Of a DNA stretch of 64,000 bases, positions 49,808 through 59,909 are shown piece by piece. The position numbers and the translations under genes are program-made. A model generated the notes under the pieces. The model was given only the letters and a program-made list of their open reading frames with translations, was not told the origin of the DNA and did no database searches. This DNA comes from a virus (Duplodnaviria > Caudoviricetes): the IMG/VR virus record IMGVR_UViG_3300032167_000039. One strand, written 5' to 3'. Within the stretch, counting starts at the first letter, position 1; each line of letters opens with the position of its first letter.

Positions 49808-52171
49808 TTAACCTCGAATTAGGTCAACAACATAATCTCCATCATTAAGAGTTATTGCTTTAACACCTGTTGCATCTCGAGAGAGATTTCTCAGTTCAGA
49901 AGTATTAAATTTGATTGTTCCTTTATTACTTATACTTATTATATCACAGTCTTCTGATAAAGTCAAGAAATCAACAATAAAGTCATTGTCTCGAGTACCA
50001 GAAATTTTTCTGCCTTTGATTCCTCTATTACATACAGGAAATTCTTCGAGAGAAGTTTTCTTAGTGAGGCCGCCACGAGATATAGTAACGAGCATATTGT
50101 CCTTTTGACAAATAACATGGGAACTAATTACTTTATCATCAGTACCAAGTTTAATTGCTCTGACGCCTGCAGTAGCTCTACCAATCGGATTAATTTCTTC
50201 TGTTTCAATTATAACAAAATTTCCTTCAGAAGTCAAAATTCCGACTTTTTCATCGTTTACAAAATGAACGCTTACTACTTCATCATCATCCTTAAGATTA
50301 ATTGCTTTTAAAGATTTTCCACGACGATGTTCATATTCTGTAGCCTTTGTTTTCTTTATCATACCATTTTTCGTAATAAAAGTAAAATATTTAACTTGGC
50401 TTTTTCGTGCAATTGAAGTTGCAGTTGTAATATGTTCACCAACTTCAAATTCAAAGAATTGAGCTACATTTACTTTTGAGTTTACAGGAAGATCATCAAT
50501 ACTAAGAGAATACATCTTTCCCTTGTTTGAGAATATAAGTAGAGAGCTGAAATTAGTATCATTAAGTGTCTGAACAATTGCTTCATTGTTTGCTAATTTA
50601 ACTTTTGTACCCTTGCCGCCGCGGCGAGAAGTCATAAGAGTTGTTGATTCTTGAGTGTAGATATTGCCAAGATTTGTGAAATGAATAAGAAGTTCCTTTT
50701 TTTCAATAGGTTCTGCATCATCATCCTCATCTTTAGCAATCAAATCCATTAATCTTGTTCGTCTCTCATCTCCAAATTTCTTCATAACTGCTCTCATTCC
50801 GGCTTCAATTTCTTTATAAAGAAGATCGGTGTTATTAAGAATATTTGTAATATTTTCTGCTTCGCCAAGAATCTTAGTTTTTTCATCTTTTAAAGATTGA
50901 ATTTCAAGACCAATAAGGCGGCTTAGAGGCATTTTAAGAATTGCATCTACCTGCTCTGTATTAAAATCATATTTTTCGATAAGTTTTTTCTTTGCTTCGT
51001 CTTTATTGTTAGACGAGCGAATAATATTAACAACATCGTCAACATTTGCAATTGCGAGTAATAATCCATCAATAATATTGACTCTTGCCATAATTTTGTC
51101 GTAATCATACTGATACATATGACATTTACAAGAAATCTCATGGTCAATATGTGCAAGTAGAGCTTCTTTCCACCCATATACCTTAGGAAAACGCCCATCT
51201 TCAAGCATCACCATATTAATAGTATAACTATCTTCCAGAGAAGTAAGCTTAAAAAGTTGCTTGATTAATTTTGATGGATTGATATTTTTTTCGAGAGATA
51301 CTTTAATATTAGATGTACTCTTTGATAAATCAAGAATCTTGGCGATACCAATTAATTCTCCAGTTTCAACTAAAGTCTTAATTTGTTCCATAATTTTTCC
51401 TACATGAACTCCATAAGGAATTTCTGTAAAATAAATACAATTCTCTTTATCGTCATATTCAGCTGTACTACGTAATCTAACAGAACCTCCACAGCCACTT
51501 TTCATAATTTCCTTTACTTTTGAAGCATTAAGAATTGTTCCACCAGTACAAAAATCTGGTGCGCAGTAGATTTCATCAAAATCAATATCTCTATTCCAAA
51601 GCAATTTAATCATAGCTTCATTTACTTCATTTAAATTAAATTGTGGAATTGAACTTGCAAGTCCCGTTGCGATACCAGTAGTTCCATTACAAATATTATA
51701 AAAACCAAGAGACGGCACTACTGCGGGAAACTGCTCCGTATCATCATAGTTATCAAACCATTCCTCGATACAGTGTTTGTCAATACCATCAAAAAGAAGA
51801 TAGCCAAGCTCGCCTAATCTCATTTCTGTATAACGAGGCGCAGATGCTTTTCCATCTGTCACTCGACCATACTGTCCATCAAAATCTTCAAGAACATATC
51901 TCATACTAAAAGGCTGAGCCATTCTTACCATAAGATCGTAGCAGGCTGCATCGCCATGAACATAAAAATGATCCATGGCGGCAGCAACAGATTTTGTAGA
52001 TTTCTTAAATGGTTTTTTATAAGTAATTTTATCAAGATATTGAGCATAAGTACACTGACGTGCAGCGGGCTTTAAACAGTCTCTTGCATCAATAATAGCT
52101 CTCTCTTGAATGGTCATTCCAGCATAGGTTGAAAAACTATCTTCAACTATATTAAGTAAATTAATATCCAT
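49808..52171 (-). CDS. gyrA: DNA gyrase/type IIA topoisomerase subunit A
   Basis: DCLKPAAR, HGDAACY, APRYTE (catalytic Tyr), GIATG..IPQFN, GyrA-box-like SRRGGKG and beta-pinwheel repeats. Confidence 0.93.
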   Translation of the reverse strand: MDINLLNIVEDSFSTYAGMTIQERAIIDARDCLKPAARQCTYAQYLDKITYKKPFKKSTKSVAAAMDHFYVHGDAACYDLMVRMAQPFSMRYVLEDFDGQYGRVTDGKASAPRYTEMRLGELGYLLFDGIDKHCIEEWFDNYDDTEQFPAVVPSLGFYNICNGTTGIATGLASSIPQFNLNEVNEAMIKLLWNRDIDFDEIYCAPDFCTGGTILNASKVKEIMKSGCGGSVRLRSTAEYDDKENCIYFTEIPYGVHVGKIMEQIKTLVETGELIGIAKILDLSKSTSNIKVSLEKNINPSKLIKQLFKLTSLEDSYTINMVMLEDGRFPKVYGWKEALLAHIDHEISCKCHMYQYDYDKIMARVNIIDGLLLAIANVDDVVNIIRSSNNKDEAKKKLIEKYDFNTEQVDAILKMPLSRLIGLEIQSLKDEKTKILGEAENITNILNNTDLLYKEIEAGMRAVMKKFGDERRTRLMDLIAKDEDDDAEPIEKKELLIHFTNLGNIYTQESTTLMTSRRGGKGTKVKLANNEAIVQTLNDTNFSSLLIFSNKGKMYSLSIDDLPVNSKVNVAQFFEFEVGEHITTATSIARKSQVKYFTFITKNGMIKKTKATEYEHRRGKSLKAINLKDDDEVVSVHFVNDEKVGILTSEGNFVIIETEEINPIGRATAGVRAIKLGTDDKVISSHVICQKDNMLVTISRGGLTKKTSLEEFPVCNRGIKGRKISGTRDNDFIVDFLTLSEDCDIISISNKGTIKFNTSELRNLSRDATGVKAITLNDGDYVVDLIRG

Positions 52172-52194
52172 TTTCTCACTCCTTTTCTAATATT

Positions 52195-52223
52195 AGTATA
52201 TCATATTTTTTTTAAATAATCAA
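52195..52223 (-). promoter_or_regulatory. sigmaA-type promoter for gyrA
   Basis: TTGATT-17-TATACT with TG. Confidence 0.65.
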
Positions 52224-52227
52224 GTAA

Positions 52228-54117
52228 TTACGATGCTCCATACTTAGAAAAATCAATTCTTGAGAAAACAAATTCCTTACGAGGTTTAATATCTGTGCCC
52301 ATTAATTGACAAAGCTGTTCAATACCCTCTTCAGAATAAATAATCTGATCCATTCTTTGGTCACCAGTTGTTGAAAACATAGATGCTTTAAGATCTTTCT
52401 CATTGAGCTGACCAAGTCCCTTTACTCTCTTAATATATCCTTTAAGTTTTCCACGAACTTTATCGAATTCTTCGTTAGTATAATAACAGCTTAAAGGGTT
52501 GCCATTCTTATCCTGCTCAATGAATAATGGAGAGCGAAGCCAATATACTCGATTTTCTCGTAAAAACTGGGGACAAAGGCGATAAAGATTTGCAAGAATA
52601 AGTAATGCAATATGGTAACCATCATCATCAGCATCGACACAAATAGCAATTTTACCATATCTTAATTTCTTTGGATTATAATTATTTGGATCAACACCAA
52701 GGGCATAAAGAAGAAGTTCAATTTCCTTGTTATCGTAATATTTCTTTTCATCGTCTTCTTTAAGACCGTTAATCATTTTACCACGAAGTCTCATTACACC
52801 ATATTTCTTAGTGTCGCGGCCACTTGCAGCAGCATTGCCAGCAGAATCTCCCTCTACTACACAAAGGATGGAATCTTGACCAAGTTCTTCGGCATCCGAA
52901 AGCTTATCAATAAAAGCAATTTTTTGTTTACGAAGATCGCTCATTTTCTTTTGCCGATTAAGAATAGCTTCTCTCTCTCTGTCTGCAGCCCTTTCTGCTT
53001 TTTGATACTTTAATATCATTTCAACGATGGGTGTAAAATCAGGACCATTTGCGAACTCTTCAAAAGCTTCTTTAAAAGCTTGAGAAGCAAGAGTTCTTAA
53101 ATTTGGATTATTAATCTTACTCTTTGTCTGATTCGCAAAAGAAGGATTTGCAACTTTACAGTTAATTGCATATACCAATCCCTTACGAATAAGTTCTGCA
53201 TCAAAATCTTTGCCACTAAGTCTTTTCATAGAAGTTGTAATTGTCGTTTTTGCGCCAGTTACGGGAGAGCCGCCTTCAGGGCAATATAACCCATTTACAA
53301 AGACATGAGATTCTCCTACTCCATTTGTATACAGAAATGCAATTTCTAATTCATCCGTCCCATCGCTTGCAGAACAAATAATTGGAGCCTTCATCAATGG
53401 TTCAGAAGTATTATCTTTAATAAAATCTGCAATACCATTTTCTGAATAAAACTCATTTTTTTTACCAGAAGTCGTTTCTACAATAAATTTAATTCCTTTA
53501 TTTAAATAAGAAATGTTTTTAATCTCAGAACAGATTTTTTCGTAGCTAAAACCTTCTGTTGCATTTGCGAAAACTTTTTCATCGGGTCTAAAACGAATAT
53601 AAGTTCCTGTGCCACCTGTTAAACCATATTCTTTTTCAAACTTTTCAAGAGGTAATTCTTCATAATTTATTAAATTACCTTCATTAAAGATAGCTTCTGC
53701 AACCTTTCCGTCTCTTATACTTCTAACTAGAAATTGATAAGAAGACATACATACCGCAGTTCCACCAATACCATTAAGACCAGAACTATTTTTATAAGCT
53801 CCCTTATCAAATTTACCACCAGTATGTGATTCTGTATATATTGCTACAAGAATATTCCTTCCGTCAATAATTCCAAATGGGACGCCGCGGCCATAATCTC
53901 TTACTTCAATAGTATTGGTTTTTTCATCAAGGCGAATATCAATTTCTTTTCCATATCCTGCAAGAGCTTCATCAGTAGAATTATTGATAATTTCCTTTAA
54001 TGCCTGATAAATACCTTCTGTATCATCTGAGCCAAGATACATTTGAATTCGAGAGCGCATAGCTTCTCTTGTTTCTAAATGCTGAATATTTTCAGCTGTA
54101 TAATTACTATTTGACAC
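52228..54117 (-). CDS. gyrB: DNA gyrase/type IIA topoisomerase subunit B
   Basis: EIINNSTDE, DYGRGVP, HTGGKF, SGLNGIG, VEGDSA, LRGK, DADDDG and KGLG motifs. Confidence 0.95.
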   Translation of the reverse strand: MSNSNYTAENIQHLETREAMRSRIQMYLGSDDTEGIYQALKEIINNSTDEALAGYGKEIDIRLDEKTNTIEVRDYGRGVPFGIIDGRNILVAIYTESHTGGKFDKGAYKNSSGLNGIGGTAVCMSSYQFLVRSIRDGKVAEAIFNEGNLINYEELPLEKFEKEYGLTGGTGTYIRFRPDEKVFANATEGFSYEKICSEIKNISYLNKGIKFIVETTSGKKNEFYSENGIADFIKDNTSEPLMKAPIICSASDGTDELEIAFLYTNGVGESHVFVNGLYCPEGGSPVTGAKTTITTSMKRLSGKDFDAELIRKGLVYAINCKVANPSFANQTKSKINNPNLRTLASQAFKEAFEEFANGPDFTPIVEMILKYQKAERAADREREAILNRQKKMSDLRKQKIAFIDKLSDAEELGQDSILCVVEGDSAGNAAASGRDTKKYGVMRLRGKMINGLKEDDEKKYYDNKEIELLLYALGVDPNNYNPKKLRYGKIAICVDADDDGYHIALLILANLYRLCPQFLRENRVYWLRSPLFIEQDKNGNPLSCYYTNEEFDKVRGKLKGYIKRVKGLGQLNEKDLKASMFSTTGDQRMDQIIYSEEGIEQLCQLMGTDIKPRKEFVFSRIDFSKYGAS

Positions 54118-54150
54118 CTAAATTCCTCCCTTTCATTTTTATACAAGTAT

Positions 54151-54194
54151 ATTATATCATAAAATAATAAAAAAGTCAAGACATTAGTCTTGAC
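54151..54194 (-). promoter_or_regulatory. sigmaA promoter fused to terminator hairpin
   Basis: TTGACT-17-TATAAT; the -35 lies in the arm of GTCAAGAC-N4-GTCTTGAC followed by a T run. Confidence 0.85.
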
Positions 54195-54201
54195 CCTTAT
54201 A

Positions 54202-55122
54202 TTAATTATGTTTTAAATACTCAACTACAGAATTAGCACAATTCGCTCCATCTGCAGCGGCAGTAATTGCTTGTCGTAACATTTTTCTTCTAATATCACC
54301 TGCAACATAAAATCCACTAATATTCGTCTCTCCACATTCATTACCAAGAATATAACCAGAACAAGATTTCTCTATTTCACTTGGGCAATAATGAGATTGA
54401 GGTTTACTACCTATTGCAGAAAAGAGTCCATTAACAGCGGTTTTGCAAACTACATCCTTATATTCATAATCAATACATATAGAATTTGATTCTTTATAAA
54501 GTGACATGATTTTTGCTTTGTCAATGACAGAGATATTTTTTGTCTCATGAATTTTTTCAATAAGCGTCGAATCAGCAATAATTTTATCCGTAATAATGCA
54601 TACTGTTGAGGCTATTTTAGAAAGATATAATGCTTCGGTAAAAGCACTGTTTCCGCCACCAATAATAGCAACATCTTTTCCTTTATATAAAGGGCCATCA
54701 CAAATTGCGCAATGATGATAAGTTACATTGTCTTTTACATCACAAATTTCAGAAAGCTCTCTGTGTTTTGAACCTAATGCATAAATAACAGTTTTTGAAT
54801 AATGTTCGGTTCCGTCGGCGTATTTAATAATGAAAAATTCAGAAATTTGATCTATATTAGCTTCAATTTTTTCAATAGATTCGACTTTCTTCTCTTCAAT
54901 AACTATTCCCATTTCTTCTATTTGTTCTCTAATAGAATTGCCTAAATTATATCCTGTTATTCCTTTTATTCCGGGATAGTTCTCAACTAAAACAGCATTT
55001 TCAATTTGTCCAACAGAAAATTCGTCTTCACCGATAATTTTAAAATTAAGATTAGCTCTCTTTGCGTATATTGCAGCGCTCATGCCTGCGATCCCATTGC
55101 CAAGAATTATTGTATCGTACAT
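54202..55122 (-). CDS. trxB: Thioredoxin reductase
   Basis: GNGIAGMSAA, ENYPG, CAICDG, GGGNSA, VAGDI; ATG at 55122 after GGAGGG. Confidence 0.92.
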   Translation of the reverse strand: MYDTIILGNGIAGMSAAIYAKRANLNFKIIGEDEFSVGQIENAVLVENYPGIKGITGYNLGNSIREQIEEMGIVIEEKKVESIEKIEANIDQISEFFIIKYADGTEHYSKTVIYALGSKHRELSEICDVKDNVTYHHCAICDGPLYKGKDVAIIGGGNSAFTEALYLSKIASTVCIITDKIIADSTLIEKIHETKNISVIDKAKIMSLYKESNSICIDYEYKDVVCKTAVNGLFSAIGSKPQSHYCPSEIEKSCSGYILGNECGETNISGFYVAGDIRRKMLRQAITAAADGANCANSVVEYLKHN

Positions 55123-55123
55123 A

Positions 55124-55621
55124 TTATCCCTCCAATTGTCGTCTCGTCTCTTCAATTGTTTGTGCGAATTGATTTGAACTCGCAAGTGTTACTCCTAAAA
55201 TACTGTCATGCCGCGGCGTATCATTGGGAATAAAACGCCCAAATTTAATAATGATATTTTTAAATTTATAGAATTGTTTTAATTTATCTTGGATTTCACT
55301 TGGATTATAACCAGTATAAATAACAATTGTATCATTGCAAAGCTGTCTAAATTTCCAGATAAAATTATGTAATTCATCATCAGTGTCAAATGGTTCAAGC
55401 CCGCCTATCACAATTGCTTCCGTAATATCATTGGACAAATATTTCTTTATAAGCTTGGTATCATCAATTTCAAATATTGGTGCGGCGGCGAGAGATGAAT
55501 TCTGACACACTTTTTCACCGCACTCTCTATCACATTTAAAATCACATTTACTTGTTGAAATAAACATAGAAGGTAATTTGAAATTAACAAAATCTTCTTC
55601 TACTAATCCTTTGATTTGCAT
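55124..55621 (-). CDS. nrdG: Anaerobic RNR activase (radical SAM)
   Basis: CDFKC..CQN, GGLEP, IYTGY, KFGRF, ASSNQ; directly downstream of nrdD. Confidence 0.85.
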   Translation of the reverse strand: MQIKGLVEEDFVNFKLPSMFISTSKCDFKCDRECGEKVCQNSSLAAAPIFEIDDTKLIKKYLSNDITEAIVIGGLEPFDTDDELHNFIWKFRQLCNDTIVIYTGYNPSEIQDKLKQFYKFKNIIIKFGRFIPNDTPRHDSILGVTLASSNQFAQTIEETRRQLEG

Positions 55622-55642
55622 ATAATTACTCCCTTTTCTTTT

Positions 55643-55680
55643 ATTATATCATAAAAAAGAAGGGAAGTCAAGCGCTTCCC
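55643..55680 (-). promoter_or_regulatory. sigmaA promoter fused to the nrdD terminator
   Basis: Minus strand GGGAAG-cgcTTGA-CTTCCC-ttctttttt; TTGACT-17-TATAAT. Confidence 0.8.
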
Positions 55681-55691
55681 CTCATTCTATG

Positions 55692-56936
55692 TTAAACTTT
55701 TTCCCATCTTCTCATTGTATATTCTTTATTTCTCTCTTTAGACCATGACTTAACTGGAGTGTAAAAACCTACAACTCTGGTATATTCTGTTGCAATGGGC
55801 TTACCACAAGTTGGACAAGTTGTTCCATAGAAAGCATGATTATCTTCGCAAGCCTGAATTTTAGTATTAAATGCAAAATAAGTAACACCCTGATCTGCAA
55901 TATAACAAGCCATCTTATAAGCTGTTTCAAAGTTTTTAAATGGAGCGTCAATATTAACATGAAGAATAGAGCCACCATTACAGAATCCATCAAACATAGC
56001 TTGAATACGGATTCTTTCGTTAAGATTAGTCTTAATTCCAAGAGGAATAAACTGATTTCCATAAAGAGGAAGATCATAGAGATTAGAATCTGGATAGAAG
56101 AACTTATCTTTCTGCATGAGTTTTGCGGCGGCGTTCTCGCCAGGAATCTGCTCGGTATTAATCATGTAGTCGCAATTATTTTCTTTAATAAAATTATCTG
56201 CAACTTCTCGCATTGTGTCAAAAATCTTTTTACCAAACTCCGCGGCCTTATCTGTATAGAAAACATTGCCAAGTTCATCAGTAGTGATACAATTAAATTT
56301 CTTCATTGTCTCATAGATTCCAATAAAACCAATTGTATTGTAGAGGTGTTCAAAATCAACAAGACCATAAGTAAAGTTAGGCAGTAATCCCTTCTCTACA
56401 TCGCGGCGAATAATATTTCGAACAACATGAAGTGCTCTAACATTGCAAAGAGTTCTTTCTTTCAGTTCTGTAAAATATTCTTCTTCTGTATTAGTATCAA
56501 GTGCAAGGCGAGCAAGATTAATAGTAGAAACCTTGACTGAACCAACTTTAAGTGCAGTACCACCAACAGAATTAAAATAACCAAGGTCACGAATATCACT
56601 CTTAAGTCGGCAACAATTAGAAAGGCTAGATACATTATCGTCAATAAACAAGTTACTATCTGCCCATTTCATATTGTGACGAATTGCCCAACATGCAAAT
56701 TCTTCATCTGCAAATTTCTTATTTTTTCTGAGTAAAGAAATAGAACTTACTGGAAATGTAAACATATTTTCATGACGAATTTCTGCCATTACTTCCATAT
56801 ACATTTTCTGGAATTCCATAATTCCTTCAATATGATCAATCATAAATTCACCATTTGGAAATTCTGCGCCACCAAATAGTGCGACTAAATATTCTCTATC
56901 AAACACAGATGTATTTGTAAATGCTGACTGCTGACC
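55692..56936 (-). CDS. nrdD: Class III ribonucleotide reductase, exon 2
   Basis: GQQSAFTN, TFPV, SNCCRL, TINLARLA, GGSILH, CEDNH..CPTC and glycyl-radical RVVGFY. Confidence 0.93.
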   Translation of the reverse strand, partial: GQQSAFTNTSVFDREYLVALFGGAEFPNGEFMIDHIEGIMEFQKMYMEVMAEIRHENMFTFPVSSISLLRKNKKFADEEFACWAIRHNMKWADSNLFIDDNVSSLSNCCRLKSDIRDLGYFNSVGGTALKVGSVKVSTINLARLALDTNTEEEYFTELKERTLCNVRALHVVRNIIRRDVEKGLLPNFTYGLVDFEHLYNTIGFIGIYETMKKFNCITTDELGNVFYTDKAAEFGKKIFDTMREVADNFIKENNCDYMINTEQIPGENAAAKLMQKDKFFYPDSNLYDLPLYGNQFIPLGIKTNLNERIRIQAMFDGFCNGGSILHVNIDAPFKNFETAYKMACYIADQGVTYFAFNTKIQACEDNHAFYGTTCPTCGKPIATEYTRVVGFYTPVKSWSKERNKEYTMRRWEKV

Positions 56937-58100
56937 CACGTTATCATAATTTTCATTATGCGCTGACTATTTTTTATTACTTAGTTAAAAGCAATATTAC
57001 TCTTTCCCGCCGCGTATCAATAGCGGAGGTACTCCTCTTCGCGAGGATAGTCGATACAGGCTTCGTTTAATTATTTGCTCTAAGTGGATAGATAAGATTA
57101 TCTCTCCTATACATTTTTGTTGAACCGTTTTTAATACCAATTATTATGTTTGGAGCTACATTATATTGCAATGCAATTTGTCTTAAACTTATTTTTGTTG
57201 TAGAGATTAACTCAATAATTTCTGAAACTTGGTGGTAAGTTAATTGACCAGCATTTTTTGTAGCTCGGTATTGTCTAATTGGGTAAGAAATATCGTCTTG
57301 TCTATGATAAGTTCCATTATTTATTCTTGAAATAGTTCTTCCTTCTACTCCATATCTTTTTCCGATATCTTCATAAGAAGAATAACTAAATTTTAAAGCA
57401 TAAATAATTTCTTCAATATCTTCTTGAACAAGTTTACCAGTCGGATTAGGATTTTTTCTTAGCGGATATTCATTATTTGAGTTATAGTAAGTATTTCCTA
57501 AATTAATATCACTTACACAAGAAGAAGATACATTAAACTTTTTAGCAATATCTCTTATACTATTTTTTGTAAATTTCAAATCTGAAGCAATTTTTTCTAA
57601 TTCAATATCAGTTTTAAATTTTGCTTCAGGATGTTCAATACCTTTAAATAGAGGTGGTTCATTTCCTCCTTCAAGAATATTATAGCCATTTGGTCTTAAA
57701 GAATTATATTTAAGAATATAATATTTTTCTCGTTCATTGTAATTCTTTATTGGACCTTCTAATATTGACATAGTAAAATGTTCTTTACCATATTTTTGTA
57801 TAGTCAAATCTATTAAACTATTATCACTATTAGGGCGGCAATGTTGATTAAATCTATATTTGGGGTCATTTGATTGACCAATATAAACCTTACTATTGAT
57901 ATCGTTTGTAATTATGTAAATATATTTTTCCATTCATTTCACCTCCTTTATAATTATTTATTAGAGCAATTAAACGATTCCCACGAGATTACCATACCTA
58001 TGTCTCTCGACAGGGGCTCCAGGCTCCCTCGTTAGCCACTATTTAAGTGACCCCAGTGATTACTGGAAAAGTAATAAATGGACAGTTCTAATTAGATTCT
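56937..58100 (-). mobile_element. Group I intron in nrdD (1164 nt)
   Basis: P1 GGAU|AG pairs with CUGUCC with U.G at the splice site; P7 GACUAU/AUAGUC; P9 CAUAAU-GAAA-AUUAUG; terminal G. Splicing restores the frame VRD|GQQSAF. Confidence 0.9.
57067..57933 (-). CDS. Intron-encoded GIY-YIG homing endonuclease
   Basis: YIYIITN..VYIGQS..RF..E..NGYN followed by three HTH-like repeats; SD AAGGAGGT. Confidence 0.9.
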   Translation of the reverse strand: MEKYIYIITNDINSKVYIGQSNDPKYRFNQHCRPNSDNSLIDLTIQKYGKEHFTMSILEGPIKNYNEREKYYILKYNSLRPNGYNILEGGNEPPLFKGIEHPEAKFKTDIELEKIASDLKFTKNSIRDIAKKFNVSSSCVSDINLGNTYYNSNNEYPLRKNPNPTGKLVQEDIEEIIYALKFSYSSYEDIGKRYGVEGRTISRINNGTYHRQDDISYPIRQYRATKNAGQLTYHQVSEIIELISTTKISLRQIALQYNVAPNIIIGIKNGSTKMYRRDNLIYPLRANN

Positions 58101-58778
58101 ATCCCTTACGCAAGGTTGATTAACAGCATAAATAAAACGCTGGATATTCTGTTTAGCATAATCTTCAAATTGATTCATTCCAAGATATGCTGAATCGCAA
58201 TCTTGTTTCCAGAAATAATACATATAAGGAATAAGATTGGGGAGGCCTACTGCACCAGAGCTTCTATTGCTTGCAAAATTAATAAATTCTTTAACAAAGT
58301 CAACAAATGTTGTTAAATGTTTTGGCGGCTTATTGTTGAAAGTGTCTTCCAAGAAATAAAGTCCTTTTTCAGCCAAATCCTTTAAATCGTATGCAAAACA
58401 ATAATGTTTAAAAGTAGCTGTATCTGCATCGTGCATATAAAGTTGTCCCATCCACTCTCTACGAAGCCAATCATTCGCCGCTTTAAAACCATATGCTTTC
58501 TGATATTCATAATAAATCTTATTGAAAGCTAAAAGTTTACGGTGTGGCTTGGGCATTTCAGTTAAAAGTGTTACTATATCTTTTCTTCGAACATTACTAT
58601 TACCATCAATACTTGAGTTTGCCACAACAGGTTCATAAATAAAATTATCTACAAAATCTGTAAGGGATAGTTGTCTATCATCAAAGCCATTAAGTCTTGC
58701 CATATCGGTTCCAAATTCAGATTGAAGCCTATTATACTGTATGGTAAAATTTTTGTTTGATCTAATATTAACTTGCAT
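58101..58778 (-). CDS. nrdD: Class III ribonucleotide reductase, exon 1
   Basis: LYMHD..YCFAYDL, PPKHL, SGAVG, FIYAVNQP; no N-terminal ATP cone evident. Confidence 0.9.
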
Positions 58779-58982
58779 TTACTTTCCTCCATTAATCCAA
58801 TCCACAGCTTCTTTAAAGGAATAGAGAATTCCATCTACTTCAAGGGTCGGCAGATTAGAAATATTTTTCTGTCCCATAATGTCTTCATCTCTACAAGTTT
58901 CATAGGAGATTCCTGCTTTATTCAGTTTTTTCTCTAAAACCATACATTTAGGACAATCAATTGTGTACAAAATATTTGCCAT
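58779..58982 (-). CDS. Glutaredoxin/NrdH-like redoxin
   Basis: LYTIDCPKC..LPTLEVDG; abuts the nrdD start. Confidence 0.85.
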   Translation of the reverse strand: MANILYTIDCPKCMVLEKKLNKAGISYETCRDEDIMGQKNISNLPTLEVDGILYSFKEAVDWINGGK

Positions 58983-59015
58983 TTATTTCACCTCAATTCT
59001 ATTATTTCTAATAAA

Positions 59016-59067
59016 ATTATATCAAAAATAAAAGTGGAAGTCAAGTCTTTCGATTTAACTTCCACTT
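59016..59067 (-). promoter_or_regulatory. sigmaA promoter fused to terminator hairpin
   Basis: Minus strand AAGTGGAAGTTAAATC-GAAA-GACTTGACTTCCACTT-ttatttt; TTGACT-17-TATAAT. Confidence 0.85.
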
Positions 59068-59124
59068 AATAAGTAAAATTTTATTACTTAATCTTCAATA
59101 AATGCCGTCATTCGAGGCGAATCA

Positions 59125-59493
59125 TTAGATAACCTTCCAATCTAACATTTCTTCATAAATAGTTTTTACATATGAATTGCCGCCGCGTTGTACATAATCT
59201 TCATATAATGAACATAAATTTTCTCTCATTCTCATAGGGATTTCTTTCTTATCTCTATATTTTTCATAGATGAGAGTAATTTCATGTCTTAAAGTAGTTA
59301 AGTCTGTTTTTTCTGTTTTATCAATAAAATTATGGATTTTATCAAACTCATCTTTTGTAGCTTCCTTTACAATATCTGCAATCCATTTTCTTGGTTTTTT
59401 TGATATTACTCCAAGAAAACCTGCAATAGTAATAAGTGCACCACATGTTGTGCCGATTAGTTTAATTATTTCTAAAATTGAAATAAATTCCAT
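59125..59493 (-). CDS. Membrane-anchored phage protein (holin-like)
   Basis: One N-terminal hydrophobic helix; LRHEI..LYEDY..GGNSYV motif. Confidence 0.55.
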   Translation of the reverse strand: MEFISILEIIKLIGTTCGALITIAGFLGVISKKPRKWIADIVKEATKDEFDKIHNFIDKTEKTDLTTLRHEITLIYEKYRDKKEIPMRMRENLCSLYEDYVQRGGNSYVKTIYEEMLDWKVI

Positions 59494-59909
59494 TATTTAA
59501 CACCTCCATTTATTAAATAATCATTATGATACTTGTCTTTTACTCGATAATTTGGATTTGAAAATAATGAATTAAAAGTTAATTTATCTAAATCCCAATA
59601 AGGAACTCTAATAAGTGTAATCTTTTTAGCTAAACAATATGCATTCTTTTTTCTATCCCATTCTCTTGCTTTCATAAAATCAAGAACAGTTTTATGAAAA
59701 TGTTTAGTAAATTTAAAATGCTGTTCGCCATCAAATTCTATTAGAGCAATTAATTTTCTATCTTTAAATATAGCAAAATCGAATCTTAATGGTACATTTT
59801 TTAAGCCGTTTAAATCTTTAAAACTGACTTCTCTTTGAAAAGAGATTCGATTTTGCTTTAAGATTTCCATTATTTTCTTTTCTCCTTTGGAAGGTGAGTT
59901 AAAACTCAT
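59493..59909 (-). CDS. PD-(D/E)xK endonuclease (Vsr/DUF559-like)
   Basis: SKGEKKI..LRFDFAI..IEFDGEQHF..D.KKN.YC..LIRVPYW. Confidence 0.8.
   Translation of the reverse strand: MSFNSPSKGEKKIMEILKQNRISFQREVSFKDLNGLKNVPLRFDFAIFKDRKLIALIEFDGEQHFKFTKHFHKTVLDFMKAREWDRKKNAYCLAKKITLIRVPYWDLDKLTFNSLFSNPNYRVKDKYHNDYLINGGVK

Noticed and set aside
34520-54117. Inteins in DnaE, helicase or gyrase
   Set aside because: Protein lengths are ordinary and no intein splice-junction or LAGLIDADG blocks were seen.
55692-58778. nrdD as a pseudogene or two independent genes
   Set aside because: Group I intron hallmarks are present and splicing restores the reading frame.
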